A DNA stretch of 62,851 nucleotides, filler included, from Octopus bimaculoides (lineage: Eukaryota), in assembly GCF_001194135.2 (NCBI RefSeq). It is 7 parts of 5 records of this genome, joined end to end, with 100 filler letters (N's around TTAATTAATTAA, not from the genome) between each part and the next. Parts side by side here need not be neighbours in the genome. Positions count along the whole stretch, not along the records: positions 31,711 to 58,965 come from NC_068984.1; 6 more parts are not named here. One strand, written 5' to 3'. Shown here piece after piece: positions 37,901 through 50,692 of this stretch. The translations under genes and the position numbers were made by a program. How positions within the stretch are numbered: position 1 is the stretch's first letter; each line of letters starts with the position of its first letter. The notes below the pieces were generated by a model. That model searched no databases. It worked only from the letters and a program-made list of their open reading frames with translations, and was not told where the DNA came from.

Positions 37901-38523
37901 ACAAAGGTTAGAGGGTATTTACCCTAAAATATTCCAGTTATGCAAATTAGCTTTATACCATTGATTTGGCAGAACAAAAGATGACAATGTGTGAAGTGGT
38001 AGGATGGTGTTAAGGAAATATAGATAAACGATCGATGCGAGGAAGGCGGAGGTGATGCCTTCCCTCCTTATATCTGCAACCAGACACACAGACACCACAT
38101 TTACACGCCCGTTCACTCACGTGACCAAGTGAACCAATATATACTTAGTGGAGAGGAGAGAGGGAAACGATATAAGCCCAAAGCCTCGTAGGATCAACAA
38201 AAAGCGGCAACCACAACAATAGCACAAATGATAAGATGGTAGCCTCTAATAATTCCAGAAAGATGTTTCTGGAATTTTTTGTTGAATAACCTCAATAATG
38301 ATTTGTTTATAGTGATGAATGGTTTGCGTTATACACAAGCTCGCTCCCTCCATCAAATCGACGTTACTTGAACAGAGGCACGTTAGGTATCGAAAGGATC
38401 TCAGAACAAAGTGAGATATTTTGCTCAATGATATAACGCACTACCTGGTCAAGGAATTGAAACCACAATCTCGCGATCGTGAGTGGAATACCCTAACCAC
38501 TAGTCTATGCGCCTTCAACATTC

Positions 38524-39064
38524 GTTGTGGTACTCTGTCGGTTATGACGACGAGGGTTCCAGTTGATCCGATCAACGGAATAGCTTACTCGTGAAATTAA
38601 ACGTGCGAGTGGCTGAGCACTCCACAGACACGTGTACCCTTAACGTAGTTCTTGGGGAGATTCAGCGTGACACAGAGTGTGACAAGGCCGGCCCCCTTGA
38701 AAATACAGGTACAACAGAAACAGGAGGAAAGAATGAGAGAAAGTTGTGGTGAAAGAGTGCAGCAGGGTTTGCCACCCCCACCCCACCTGCCGGAGCCTCG
38801 TGGAGCTTTGGGTGTTTTCGCTCAATAAACACTCACAACGCCCGGTCTGGGAATCGAAACCACGATCCTACGACCGCGAGTCCGCTGCCCTAACCACTGG
38901 GCCATTGCGCCTCCACAAAGGGGCCCTCCGTCGGTTACGACGACGAGGGTCCCAGCTGATACGAACAATGGAACAGCTTACTCGTGAAATTAACGTGCAA
39001 GTGGCCGAGCACTCCACAGATACGTGTATCATTAACGTAGTTCTTGGGGAGATTCAGCGTGACA
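38524..39064 (-). mobile_element. Family-A SINE (full length, 38524-38916) plus adjacent 3' fragment (38925-39064)
   Basis: Colinear with 28213-28597. Confidence 0.9.
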
Positions 39065-39206
39065 NNNNNNNNNNGCTGGCCCTTTGTAATTACAGGTACA
39101 ACTCATTTTTGCCAGCTGAGTGGACTGGAGCAACGTGAAATAAAGTGTCTTGCTCAAGGACACAACGCGTCGCCGGGAATTGAACTCAGGACTTTACGAT
39201 CGTGAG

Positions 39207-39359
39207 TAGCTGTGTGGTAAGTAGCTTGCTTACCAACCACATGGTTCCGGATTCAGTCCCAATGCGTGGCACCTTGGGTAAGTGTTTTCTACTATAGCCT
39301 CGGACCGACCAAAGCCGTGTCAGTGGATTTGGTAGATAGAAACTGGAAGAAGCCCGTCG

Positions 39360-39431
<72 letters not shown>

Positions 39432-39640
39432 TGTATATGTTTGTGTGTTTGTGTTTGTTCCCTCAACATCACTTGACAACCGATGGTGGTGTGTTTACGT
39501 CCCCGTCACATAGCGGTTCGGCAAGAGAGACCGATAGAATAAGTACTAGGCTTACAAAGAATAAGTCCTTGGGTTGATTTGCTCGACTAAAGGCGGTGCT
39601 CCAGCACGGCCGCATTCAAATGACTGAAACAAAAGAAAAA
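39207..39640 (+). mobile_element. tRNA-derived SINE, family B
   Basis: Near-complete copy with internal (TA)n/(TATG)n tract. Confidence 0.9.
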
Positions 39641-41071
39641 AAAAAGGGAATAACCACTAAGCCACGCGCCTTCACAGTGGCTACAAAGCCTTCAGTGTCA
39701 AATATACGGAAGTGAACCGAAACATTGGGTCGATCGCTACGACAGGTTAATTGTATCAGTTTCTAATTTTTTCCGTTTAGGCAAACGTTTGCCCGGAGTA
39801 TTAAGTTCATAATCATTTTTGTAATCCAAAGACAAAACCAGCATGATTTTCATTGCGCCCCCTCTACATATTTTGCAGAAAAACAGCGATGACAATGTTG
39901 GAAATTGATGAGAGAATAATTTAGTGAATAGAATTATTAATCGGAAAACTGAGGCTTACATGAGCGACAAATATTTGATTGAACTAACGAGATTTAAGCC
40001 CTGAATGTTGAGGTTCAGAGTTAAATGCTGTTTGGACATTTTAAGGCTAATATTCTGTTGTAACATCCACAGAAACTCGTCGAGAAATAGTTTGCTTTTC
40101 TTTCTTCAGATACAAAACTTCGAAACGGGGAGTGGATTGTGACCTAAATTAAAATAATTTCCACGGCGACATAATTACTGTTTGCTATGAGTTTATTAGT
40201 TGTTCTACGCCGCTAGCCAGAGATTGTCCAACAATGAATATGTAACTAATACAAAACACCGAATAACTAGAATGAACAAGCTGAATATTTAATATCTATT
40301 GGTAAATACGAATCTAGTAAAGTACAAATACAATCAAACAATATAGGAAAATGAAATTGTTTTCCCAAACACAAAATACATCAGTTTTCTATAATAAAAC
40401 AACAAAAATTTAAAATCCCTTCCGAAATAATAAAAGTCAAGTCTATAAACGCGTGAGTTTAACTTTAATTATTTCTTTAAGTGTTCGCCTTCAAGAATGT
40501 CATAGTTTTATTGTACTTACGTGTAACTCGCCGACCAACTACTCACCTACAACGCGGGAGTATTGCATTCACTTTACGAAATTAGGCAGAAAAATATTTT
40601 TGGACAACAAATATTTTATAGGAAATATCCTGAAAAATGAAAGATGTACAATGTAATCAACTCTCTCTCTCTATTTTTTACGCTCTCTCTACATCTCACT
40701 GTCTCTGTCTCTCTCTCTCTCACACACTTTCTCTCTACTCCTCTCTCCATGCTTTCTGTTAATACAAAGGCTACTACGAAGCATATGTTATTCAAACATG
40801 AATCATCCAGACAAGAATGCGAAAGAACTAAGAAAGACAAAGGCAAATAGTGGCCGAGGACAATAAATATTCGGCTGAGGACAAACATCAGCAGAAAATG
40901 TGACGAAAGAAGAGAAAAATACTTTATGAAATTCATATATTCAAATAAAATCATGCGCATGCGTGAATACGTGTGTACACACGTATGTGTATGTATAGGT
41001 ATATTCGCACAGAGAGAGAGAGACACACACACATGGGTGTGTGTGTATGTGTAAATATAAGCATATATGTG

Positions 41072-41118
<47 letters not shown>

Positions 41119-41381
41119 NNNNNNNNNNNNNNNNNNNNNNNNNNNNNNNNNNNNNNNNNNNNNNNNNNNNNNNNNNNNNNNNNNNNNNNNNNNNNNNNNN
41201 NNNNNNNNNNNNNNNNNNNNNNNNNNNNNNNNNNNNNNNNNNNNNNNNNNNNNNNNNNNNNNNNNNNNNGATTAGATCGACCTAAGTACGTAACTGGTAC
41301 TTAATTTATCGACCTCGAAAGGATGAACGGCAAAGTCGACCTCGGCGGAATTTGAACACAGAACATGAAGACAGACAGAAT

Positions 41382-41415
<34 letters not shown>

Positions 41416-41451
41416 CATACACATACATACACACACACACACATACACACG

Positions 41452-41497
<46 letters not shown>

Positions 41498-41779
41498 CAT
41501 ACATATACATACATATACACACGCACGCATGCACGTACACACACGCACACACACACATACATTCTCGTGCATTATCTTGTAACGCACCTGGGTATATCAC
41601 CAATGATGTTACTTGGGGCTACAGGATGTTTTGATTCCTTCAGTAATCCAGCAGCTTCTCACAGACGATCCAGTCAGGCTTAATCAGGCCCCAATTTGTG
41701 CTCATACCACTCTATCCTGCCGTGACCCACACCCCTTAACCACACCCACCTTCAAACTACCATTGCTGCCTTGACAGTA

Positions 41780-42500
41780 TTCTGCCTATTGACCTCTGTG
41801 ATACCCAGAAAGTTTAAGGCTCTGAAGAGGGACTGACTTGCTGGCCCCCTCAGGGTTCTTCCTCATTGGGACCATATCAATTCGCCACTCGTTATTTCAT
41901 TATAATTTTAACAGCTCACCATATTCTATGCTCTTGCTTCCGTTAGTTTTCTCAATTTCCAGGAAATGGGAAGTTTTAATAAAATCGTCTGCTTAGATAT
42001 TTCCGAAATCAGGACCATATTTGACCTTAATAGTGTTAAAGTGACATTTTCTTGAAATTTTGCAAATTTCTCAGTTCTCCTCTCAGTACTCAGTCTAGTT
42101 TCATTCTTAGCTGGTCAAGGAAGGTGGTCCTGGCATTCATGCCAGTCTTTGGTAAAGAATGATCTTCTGCATTGGCTGTAGGTCCTTACATTGGATATAA
42201 TTCCTCTGTAAATGGTGTTCACTATAATCTTTAAGATCTTGTCATTTCCTGTTAGTTTAGTTTTCCTCAACCAACGCTTGCACCACATTCTAAGTCAGCA
42301 ACCCCTGACTTTCATTGCGTCTAGGCATTGCGTGAGCTTTTGTTACTACTCAAGCAAAAACTCTCGCGAGGAACTACACCACCAAAGACTCTGTGTCTGA
42401 ACCACGGCACCAGCAAGCTTTACTGATTTCCACTTCCGTCCCATCTGATCTCGACACGAGCCTTCCTCCATAACAGACGTTGTTGTTACGGTTAGATGAA
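41780..42500 (-). mobile_element. Degraded RLE-type (HERO/NeSL-like) LINE 3' region
   Basis: Frameshifted NDKILKII (HD.VLK.I), NMVLISEISKQTILLKLPISW (PD.VL.S...K..IL.ELTVPWE) and SLFRALNFLGIT motifs. Confidence 0.55.
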
Positions 42501-42959
42501 TCTTAAATGCCCAAAGGACGTCTGCTGAACATCACCTGACTTGGTGTACGACCCTCTGTATTGTATCACAACAGACTTTGTCATACACAGATCATGACAT
42601 ACTGTTTGTTAGTTTAGAATTATGTAGATTAGCTTTTAATTCGTCTATATGATTGTTATGATTGGATATCGATTATGAGCGGGCGGGGAGGGGGTTATTT
42701 TCTAGTATTGTTTCCTTGTTCATAAGGGAGAATGTACGCTATTAAATTCACTTCAGTGCTTCTTTATGATATTCTGTGTTATCTTTGAATATTTGTTCCT
42801 CACTCTAGTTAGTCTATTCCACAACAATATCTGTGGGGGGAAAAAAAAAACAATGATAATTATAAATCTAAGGTTGACAAGCAGTGGTGAAAGTTCGTAT
42901 ATTGGGGCTAACAACAAAGATATAAGTAAATTTGAATACTGTAATAATTAGAATAATTC

Positions 42960-44030
42960 TCTACAACAAATAACTACTGATAAAACTAGGAAAAGAAACG
43001 TAACTTGGTGTAACTCTGCTCAGGTAAGAAACGTAAAACAAATACACCCAAGATTTTCTTTGATGCGTTAATGAAAAACTTTCCCCCCAACCATAAATAC
43101 TATAATATATTTAATAGATTTACGGTGAAATTCTTTGAACAACACTTAACCTAGTTGACACTATGACATCTCTAACATTATCAATTACACCGGTTACAAC
43201 CCTGATGTTAGGCGAAACAAAAGACACTTATCGACATAACAACAGAAACATAAAAATTAATAAGAATTACACTTCTCAATCTATGACAAATATTTTTAGG
43301 AGTAAAAGTTGGAATGATAACGTGATCCCCTTAAGGACCCAGCCTAAAATAAAAGGTATAAAAAAAAACTAGTTTGAGACAAAGTAACACTAGCTATTCA
43401 AAAAGTAAAGGGATGGATAGTGAACCCATATTGTAGAATACGCAAGACTTTTCCATATCGAAGGATTTCCTACTTACAGTAGAGAAAATGACAATAAAAA
43501 AATGCTATAGAAACGATACTACAAGTACTAACATTAAAAGTAAACATTATGATATTAAAACAAAAAATGGGAAGAAAATAACTGAAAATCGGAGGGGGAA
43601 ATACAAGTTTATTCGGCTCTCTAGGACTACGAGTAACTCCCCTACTTATAACTGGAGAGGAGTCTGCCTAATACACAATGCATTTTGTAAATATCTACGT
43701 CACTATCCAAATTGGTAATAGGAAATATAGCGGTTCCATATCGAACCCATTTAATGCCGCTGTAATATACACATACTTTTGCTAACAAAGAACTTAAGAA
43801 ATTCAACACCACTAACAAAATATATATCTGGATTTTAAGGAGTAGGGCTACAGATTTTGTTCTTCATTCAAGTACACACAACCACAACATATATACAGGT
43901 AACAAAAAATAGTGTAACCTTTAGACGATCGAAGCTCTTAAAATGCTTCTAGCTAATAATAAATTATTAAATCGAAGGCACGAAAGTATAATGCTATGCA
44001 GACATAAGGTTTTCAGAGCTTTTAAATTCT
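42960..44030 (+). mobile_element. Heavily decayed Penelope-like element
   Basis: TRKRNVTWCN (RKRN..WFNP), YNIFNRFTVKF, EALKMLLANNKLLNRRHE followed by CRHK. Confidence 0.55.
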
Positions 44031-44473
44031 ATAAAGCACCTACTTGTCAAAAATAAGAGTAAAAGACAATTAACAAAACCCTGCAACCACATCCCGTTCC
44101 CAAAATAGAAACTTATAGCCAATTATTTACACCCTAAACATCCGTCTAAACAACGACGCAAGCTGTTCAACTGAAATTAATGTTATTCTTGTAATGATTA
44201 TTCATGTAATTGTTGTTAGCGTTACGTTACTTCTGGGTTATTTTTTTCCTATGAATATATGGTACATAAACAGCTCATAGATACACGTTTGTATGAGCGT
44301 CGGTATAAAGACACATATAAGTCACTGTAGGGGTGTTTATGTTTACATTTATCGGTAAATATCTATATTTTGCGGGATTGCATTGCGAACTATATGTGTA
44401 TGTATAGATATATTTATAGGTCTATGTATACAGACATATATATGCGAGTATATATAAATGCATACATACATAC

Positions 44474-44514
<41 letters not shown>

Positions 44515-45144
44515 NNNNNNNNNNNNNNNNNNNNNNNNNNNNNNNNNNNNNNNNNNNNNNNNNNNNNNNNNNNNNNNNNNNNNNNNNNNNNNNNNNNNNN
44601 NNNNNNNNNNNNNNNNNNNNNNNNNNNNNNNNNNNNNNNNNNNNNNNNNNNNNNNNNNNNNNNNNNNNNNNNNNNNNNNNNNNNNNNNNNNNNNNNNNNN
44701 NNNNNNNNNNNNNNNNNNNNNNNNNNNNNNNNNNNNNNNNNNNNNNNNNNNNNNNNNNNNNNNNNNNNNNNNNNNNNNNNNNNNNNNNNNNNNNNNNNNN
44801 NNNNNNNNNNNNNNNNNNNNNNNNNNNNNNNNNNNNNNNNNNNNNNNNNNNNNNNNNNNNNNNNNNNNNNNNNNNNNNNNNNNNNNNNNNNNNNNNNNNN
44901 NNNNNNNNNNNNNNNNNNNNNNNNNNNNNNNNNNNNNNNNNNNNNNNNNNNNNNNNNNNNNNNNNNNNNNNNNNNNNNNNNNNNNNNNNNNNNNNNNNNN
45001 NNNNNNNNNNNNNNNNNNNNNNNNNNNNNNNNNNNNNNNNNNNNNNNNNNNNNNNNNNNNNNNNNNNNNNNNNNNNNNNNNNNNNNNNNNNNNNNNNNNN
45101 NNNNNNNNNNNNNNNNNNNNNNNNNNNNNNNNNNNNNNNNNNNN

Positions 45145-45175
<31 letters not shown>

Positions 45176-45468
45176 AATTAAAATATAGATTTACGTGTAT
45201 TTGTGAAATGTATATGTATTTATATTCTTATATATAGCTGTGTAAGTATGTATGTTTATTTTTATGTGAATGCATGTGTGTGTGTTTGCGCGCGGGGGTG
45301 GTCTGTGCGTGTGTGTGTAGGTAGAGATACATATGTGTGCTTACACTCTCATATATTTACGTGTATGGCTATGTGAATGTATTTGTATATGTTAATGTAT
45401 AGATGAATATACAGCACACATAAATTCATACACACACACATACACACACATACGCACGCGCGCGCACA

Positions 45469-45512
<44 letters not shown>

Positions 45513-45889
45513 AACCATTTTAACTATGAAACTTAAAAAGGAATATGCTAAAACTATACAAAAGACGCGAAGCAACATGTGATTGCTTGTTCCCACATGT
45601 TTACATAAATTATAAATGCCAAACTCATCTTAAGAATACGTCTACCAATATAATTTCAGTTGAACTATGATACAAAAACATTCATTCTATGAAAAAAACA
45701 TCGTTAGGTTTTTATTTTTCATACAAATAAAACATGGCATAAAATTATTCTCCACTTGTTTTAATTACACAAATATATAGAAAAGACAATTTTGATGCAT
45801 TTTCAACTTTTTCTTAATATTTCCTGTCTATAAGCGTGTGCATGTGTAAGCATACATGTATGCATGTATGTGTGTTTGTGTGTGTTTGT

Positions 45890-45923
<34 letters not shown>

Positions 45924-46076
45924 ACATTAAATAAGGTGATGTATATGTAAATAAATAGTAAAAAAAATGAAAATAGAAAAATAACATAAGAATAAAATAT
46001 AAAACTAATAAAATAAAGAAATATAAAAAGATTTTAAAGGTATGTAAGCTCTCTCTTTCACTCTCTCACACATGCA

Positions 46077-46140
<64 letters not shown>

Positions 46141-47001
46141 NNNNNNNNNNNNNNNNNNNNNNNNNNNNNNNNNNNNNNNNNNNNNNNNNNNNNNNNNNNN
46201 NNNNNNNNNNNNNNNNNNNNNNNNNNNNNNNNNNNNNNNNNNNNNNNNNNNNNNNNNNNNNNNNNNNNNNNNNNNNNNNNNNNNNNNNNNNNNNNNNNNN
46301 NNNNNNNNNNNNNNNNNNNNNNNNNNNNNNNNNNNNNNNNNNNNNNNNNNNNNNNNNNNNNNNNNNNNNNNNNNNNNNNNNNNNNNNNNNNNNNNNNNNN
46401 NNNNNNNNNNNNNNNNNNNNNNNNNNNNNNNNNNNNNNNNNNNNNNNNNNNNNNNNNNNNNNNNNNNNNNNNNNNNNNNNNNNNNNNNNNNNNNNNNNNN
46501 NNNNNNNNNNNNNNNNNNNNNNNNNNNNNNNNNNNNNNNNNNNNNNNNNNNNNNNNNNNNNNNNNNNNNNNNNNNNNNNNNNNNNNNNNNNNNNNNNNNN
46601 NNNNNNNNNNNNNNNNNNNNNNNNNNNNNNNNNNNNNNNNNNNNNNNNNNNNNNNNNNNNNNNNNNNNNNNNNNNNNNNNNNNNNNNNNNNNNNNNNNNN
46701 NNNNNNNNNNNNNNNNNNNNNNNNNNNNNNNNNNNNNNNNNNNNNNNNNNNNNNNNNNNNNNTTTTTTTTTTTTTTTTTTGTAAATTCTCACCATATATA
46801 TATAACCGAATAAACAAAATAAATAAGTAGAGTAACAATAAAGTATTACGAAATAATAAGGGATACAAAGAAGGGTCCTAAAAAAGTAGAAAGTAAGATA
46901 TATTATGTGAAAAGATTGGGGAGAGAGAAAAGGCCAAAGTAATCCAAAGGTTAAGGGAAGGTCAGACGGAGTAAAGGGAATGGACGACTATAGTAGGGAA
47001 A

Positions 47002-48400
47002 TCAATAACCATATATTAAGACTGTATTACGTAACCGATGGCGACAATTCATTAACAGTTCGTTATGCTTATTAAAGCAATCCTTACATTGGATAATAGG
47101 AACTATATCAGCAATGCAGAGTGCATACTTGTTACTATATCCGCTACACGGTCTAGCGTGTTTAACAACGGGCCATTTGATATTGTAATCCACTGAGTTC
47201 CGTTTTAAATCGTGAATTAGCCTAGATAAATACGACCGAAAGCTAGCCCTCCGACCGAGAGCTAGAGAAGTGGTTATGTAATCTTGCTTTGAAATTGCTA
47301 TTGCACGCGCCGATATAGACAAACATAGATTGATTTGTGGAAACCGTGCACTTATACTGAATATTCTTGGAGAGATATTTGTTATCTATGGACAGGAGGA
47401 TGGATGTTTGAAGCTACAGTTTTGTCGCTAAAGGACGCTAAAGGGGTTACCTGTCCAAGTATCATGAGGTGCTACAAAAGTAGGAGTGAGAGAGCTATCC
47501 GGATGATTAGAGTGATAGTTGTCATTGTCAGTGACATTTGCTTCCATCATCCACTATATTGGTAATCGATGTCAACGGATTCGAAGGTCGGTTGTGTGGG
47601 GCGAGCAGTGTACCTGATCCAGCGTTGTTGGGGCTGATGCCTATTCTAGCGTTAGGACTTAAGAAATTCATAGGGTTACTATGCGTGGGTCGGGGTTGGT
47701 TAGTATCCTACTAATATTTCTACTGCTACGCACATCTGAATTTAGTAATTTCGTATTATTTAGACGATGTAGAATGTCGGCTATGTTGCATGTAGTCGAA
47801 TAGGACAACTTGATAGATTGAGGGTTAAATATTTTTACAAATATACTAGACTCATGGAAGTGATTTTCTAACAAAGCGAAAAATTGCTTGGATAGTCTAC
47901 TCTGGATATTAAAGGCGAAGGAGGGGTGAAACCAGATTACATTACGAACCCTAGTTTACCCGCCGCGTTTTAAGGGGCAAGCACCGTATGAATTATAATA
48001 AGGCAACAAGTTGAGAGAAATATTGGTGGGTGCTGGCAGATTTCAGATACGACATCCTATTGTTAGTAGAGTGTCTGTTAGCCTTAACACGATAATCAGG
48101 CGTAAGGGCATAGAAGAAGGGTTTAATACGGGATTAGGGTGGAGTGGGGGATATATTCAGTATAGAGTGCGGAGGTAGAGTTATTCAGTTTCGAGTACGG
48201 AAGGACGAGTGACACTCCAGATTGGAAGATATTTAATTTTGCTACTATAGCCATCTCTGCTGTGTGCAGTATTAAAATAATCAGCGTATTGGTCAAAGAT
48301 TTCCTTAGATGGCATTTATGTCATCGATTTTGATAGAACAATATAGAAAATCAATCATATGGGCTTTGATCTTAGAACGTAACAACTAGTAGCAATTTAG
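47002..48400 (-). mobile_element. Penelope-like element relic (RT thumb, linker, GIY-YIG); pattern most like the Naiad type
   Basis: SKEIFDQYADYFNTAHSRDGY; RVRNVIWFHP...KQFFALLENHF...KIFNPQSIKLSYS; NCSFKHPSSCP; NIQYKCTV...VYIGACNSNFKARLHNH; YLSRLIHDLK...IKW...LCIAD...NKHNE...CRH. Confidence 0.88.
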
Positions 48401-48427
48401 CCCATTGCACTGTGGTTATTCTTCAAG

Positions 48428-48483
<56 letters not shown>

Positions 48484-48829
48484 ATGTATATATATATATA
48501 TGTATGTATATATGTATATACATACATACATACATGTGTGTATATCTCCGTGTGAGACAATATGTGTGTATTTACATGTATTTATATACGTGTGTGTTCA
48601 TACTATCATTATGTCTGTAATTGCCTTACACAGTTAAAAGATGGACTTGTCATCCACGAAAGATCATATATCAGGAGACCAACATAAGCTGCTTATATGA
48701 ACGCAGCTCCAACCGTCCCAATAAGGGCAGCAGGCAACCACAAAAGAGTATAAACACAGGTTAAAGAGTGCCTTGGGTGTTAGCCAAGTGTGTGGCTTTG
48801 AAATAACAGAGAAGTGTTATGAATATAAG

Positions 48830-49143
48830 AATTTATACATTATTTACATTATTTATGTTTGACGGATATTTATTCTCATCTTGTTTGTTGTTAACACAAC
48901 GTTTCGGCTGATATACCTTCCAGCCTTCATCAGGTGTCTTGGGGAAATTTCGAACCTGGGTTCTCATTCCTACGGTATTTTTCGATATTGTTATTATTAT
49001 TATTGTTGTTCAGGTCACTGCCGGGAATCGAACTCGGAATCTTGGGGTTAGTAGCCCGCGCTCTTAACCACTACGCCATATCCCCGTTAAAATGTAAATA
49101 ATGTAAATAATGTACATAATTCCTCATCTCTTAAATATAGAAT
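48830..49143 (-). mobile_element. tRNA-headed HHR SINE-like element (copy 2) preceded by an inverted copy of its 3' tail
   Basis: Head starts GGGGATATGGCGTAGTGG at 49085 (minus); HHR 48893-48938; 20-bp perfect inverted repeat 48836-48855 / 49095-49114. Confidence 0.88.
48893..48938 (-). ncRNA. Minimal type I hammerhead ribozyme (core intact)
   Basis: gacac-CTGATGA-a-ggctg[10 nt]cagcc-GAAAC-GTT/gtgtt; 5-bp helices I and II; helix III can form only as a dimer through palindrome AACGTT. Confidence 0.8.
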
Positions 49144-49159
49144 AAGAATTTTTACTAAA

Positions 49160-49325
49160 AAGACAAAAGAAATAGTGTAAACATCATTGACTTCGCAATA
49201 CCATACCATATAATGGTGGACAGCACAAAATTGGGAAAATGAGAAATGCCAGAGAGATGAAGAAATTGTGGAAGACAAAGATGACAAATATTACTGTGAT
49301 AATTGGTGCATTTGACACCATAGAG
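49160..49325 (+). mobile_element. R4/Dong-like LINE fragment (restriction-like endonuclease end)
   Basis: IIDFAIP and NAREMKKLWKTKMTNITVIIGAFDTI resemble IID.AIP...LAREI..LW...V..IPV.IGALGTI. Confidence 0.6.
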
Positions 49326-49572
49326 ACGGAAAATGATTGGGAAAAGAACGACCCTTCATCAGCTGTCGGCTGTTTTTCTACTCCGTATTTCGAGCATAAT
49401 TCACGACAAGATACGCTTTCGACAAAACAGTTGCTCCCGCAAAGCAAATTACATAAAATTTGGAATTTTGCGGAGGGTCAAAGTCGGTAAGAAAAACAGG
49501 ACAGGGAAAATAAAGAGTAAGGGTGAAGTGGCGAACGCTGGAGGAACAAGCTCTGACAGGAGACAGACTAGA

Positions 49573-49603
<31 letters not shown>

Positions 49604-50082
49604 TGTATGTATGTATGTATGTATGTATGTATGTATATGTGTGTGTGTATGTACATATGTATGTATATGTGTGTGTGTGTGTGTGCGTGTGTGTGTGTGT
49701 GCATGTGTGAGCGNNNNNNNNNNNNNNNNNNNNNNNNNNNNNNNNNNNNNNNNNNNNNNNNNNNNNNNNNNNNNNNNNNNNNNNNNNNNNNNNNNNNNNN
49801 NNNNNNNNNNNNNNNNNNNNNNNNNNNNNNNNNNNNNNNNNNNNNNNNNNNNNNNNNNNNNNNNNNNNNNNNNNNNNNNNNNNNNNNNNNNNNNNNNNNN
49901 NNNNNNNNNNNNNNNNNNNNNNNNNNNNNNNNNNNNNNNNNNNNNNNNNNNNNNNNNNNNNNNNNNNNNNNNNNNNNNAGATACATACATATATACATAC
50001 ACACCTATACAGATACAAACATTAATACATACATAAACAGATGTAAGCATAATTAAATACATATACATACATGCATACGTAT

Positions 50083-50113
<31 letters not shown>

Positions 50114-50193
50114 TACATACATATATATCTATCTATTTATTTATCTATCTATCTATCAATCTATCTATCTGTTTATCTATCTCGGTCTCTGTC

Positions 50194-50232
<39 letters not shown>

Positions 50233-50463
50233 ATAAATATATATATATATATACATATATACACTCAAATGCATATACATACATAAATAGATGCATATAT
50301 GCACACACACATTAGTATATGATCATATTGAAAGTATAATGTTTGTGTACATTGGATGAGAGTCACAAGATATTCAATGTTTATTTAGAAAGAAGATAAA
50401 GCTAGCTATAATAATTCTACCATCCGCTAATCCGCCATTTTGTTTTCATAAAGATTATGCTCT

Positions 50464-50536
<73 letters not shown>

Positions 50537-50656
50537 TGTGCGTCTCTGTATATGTGCCTGAGCATGTATGGATATAGTCGTTCCTTTTTGCAGGGTGTGT
50601 CTCTGGTGGTCGTAATATTTGTATACGTTTACCCGTGCGTGTAAGCTTTGTTGTCG

Positions 50657-50692
<36 letters not shown>

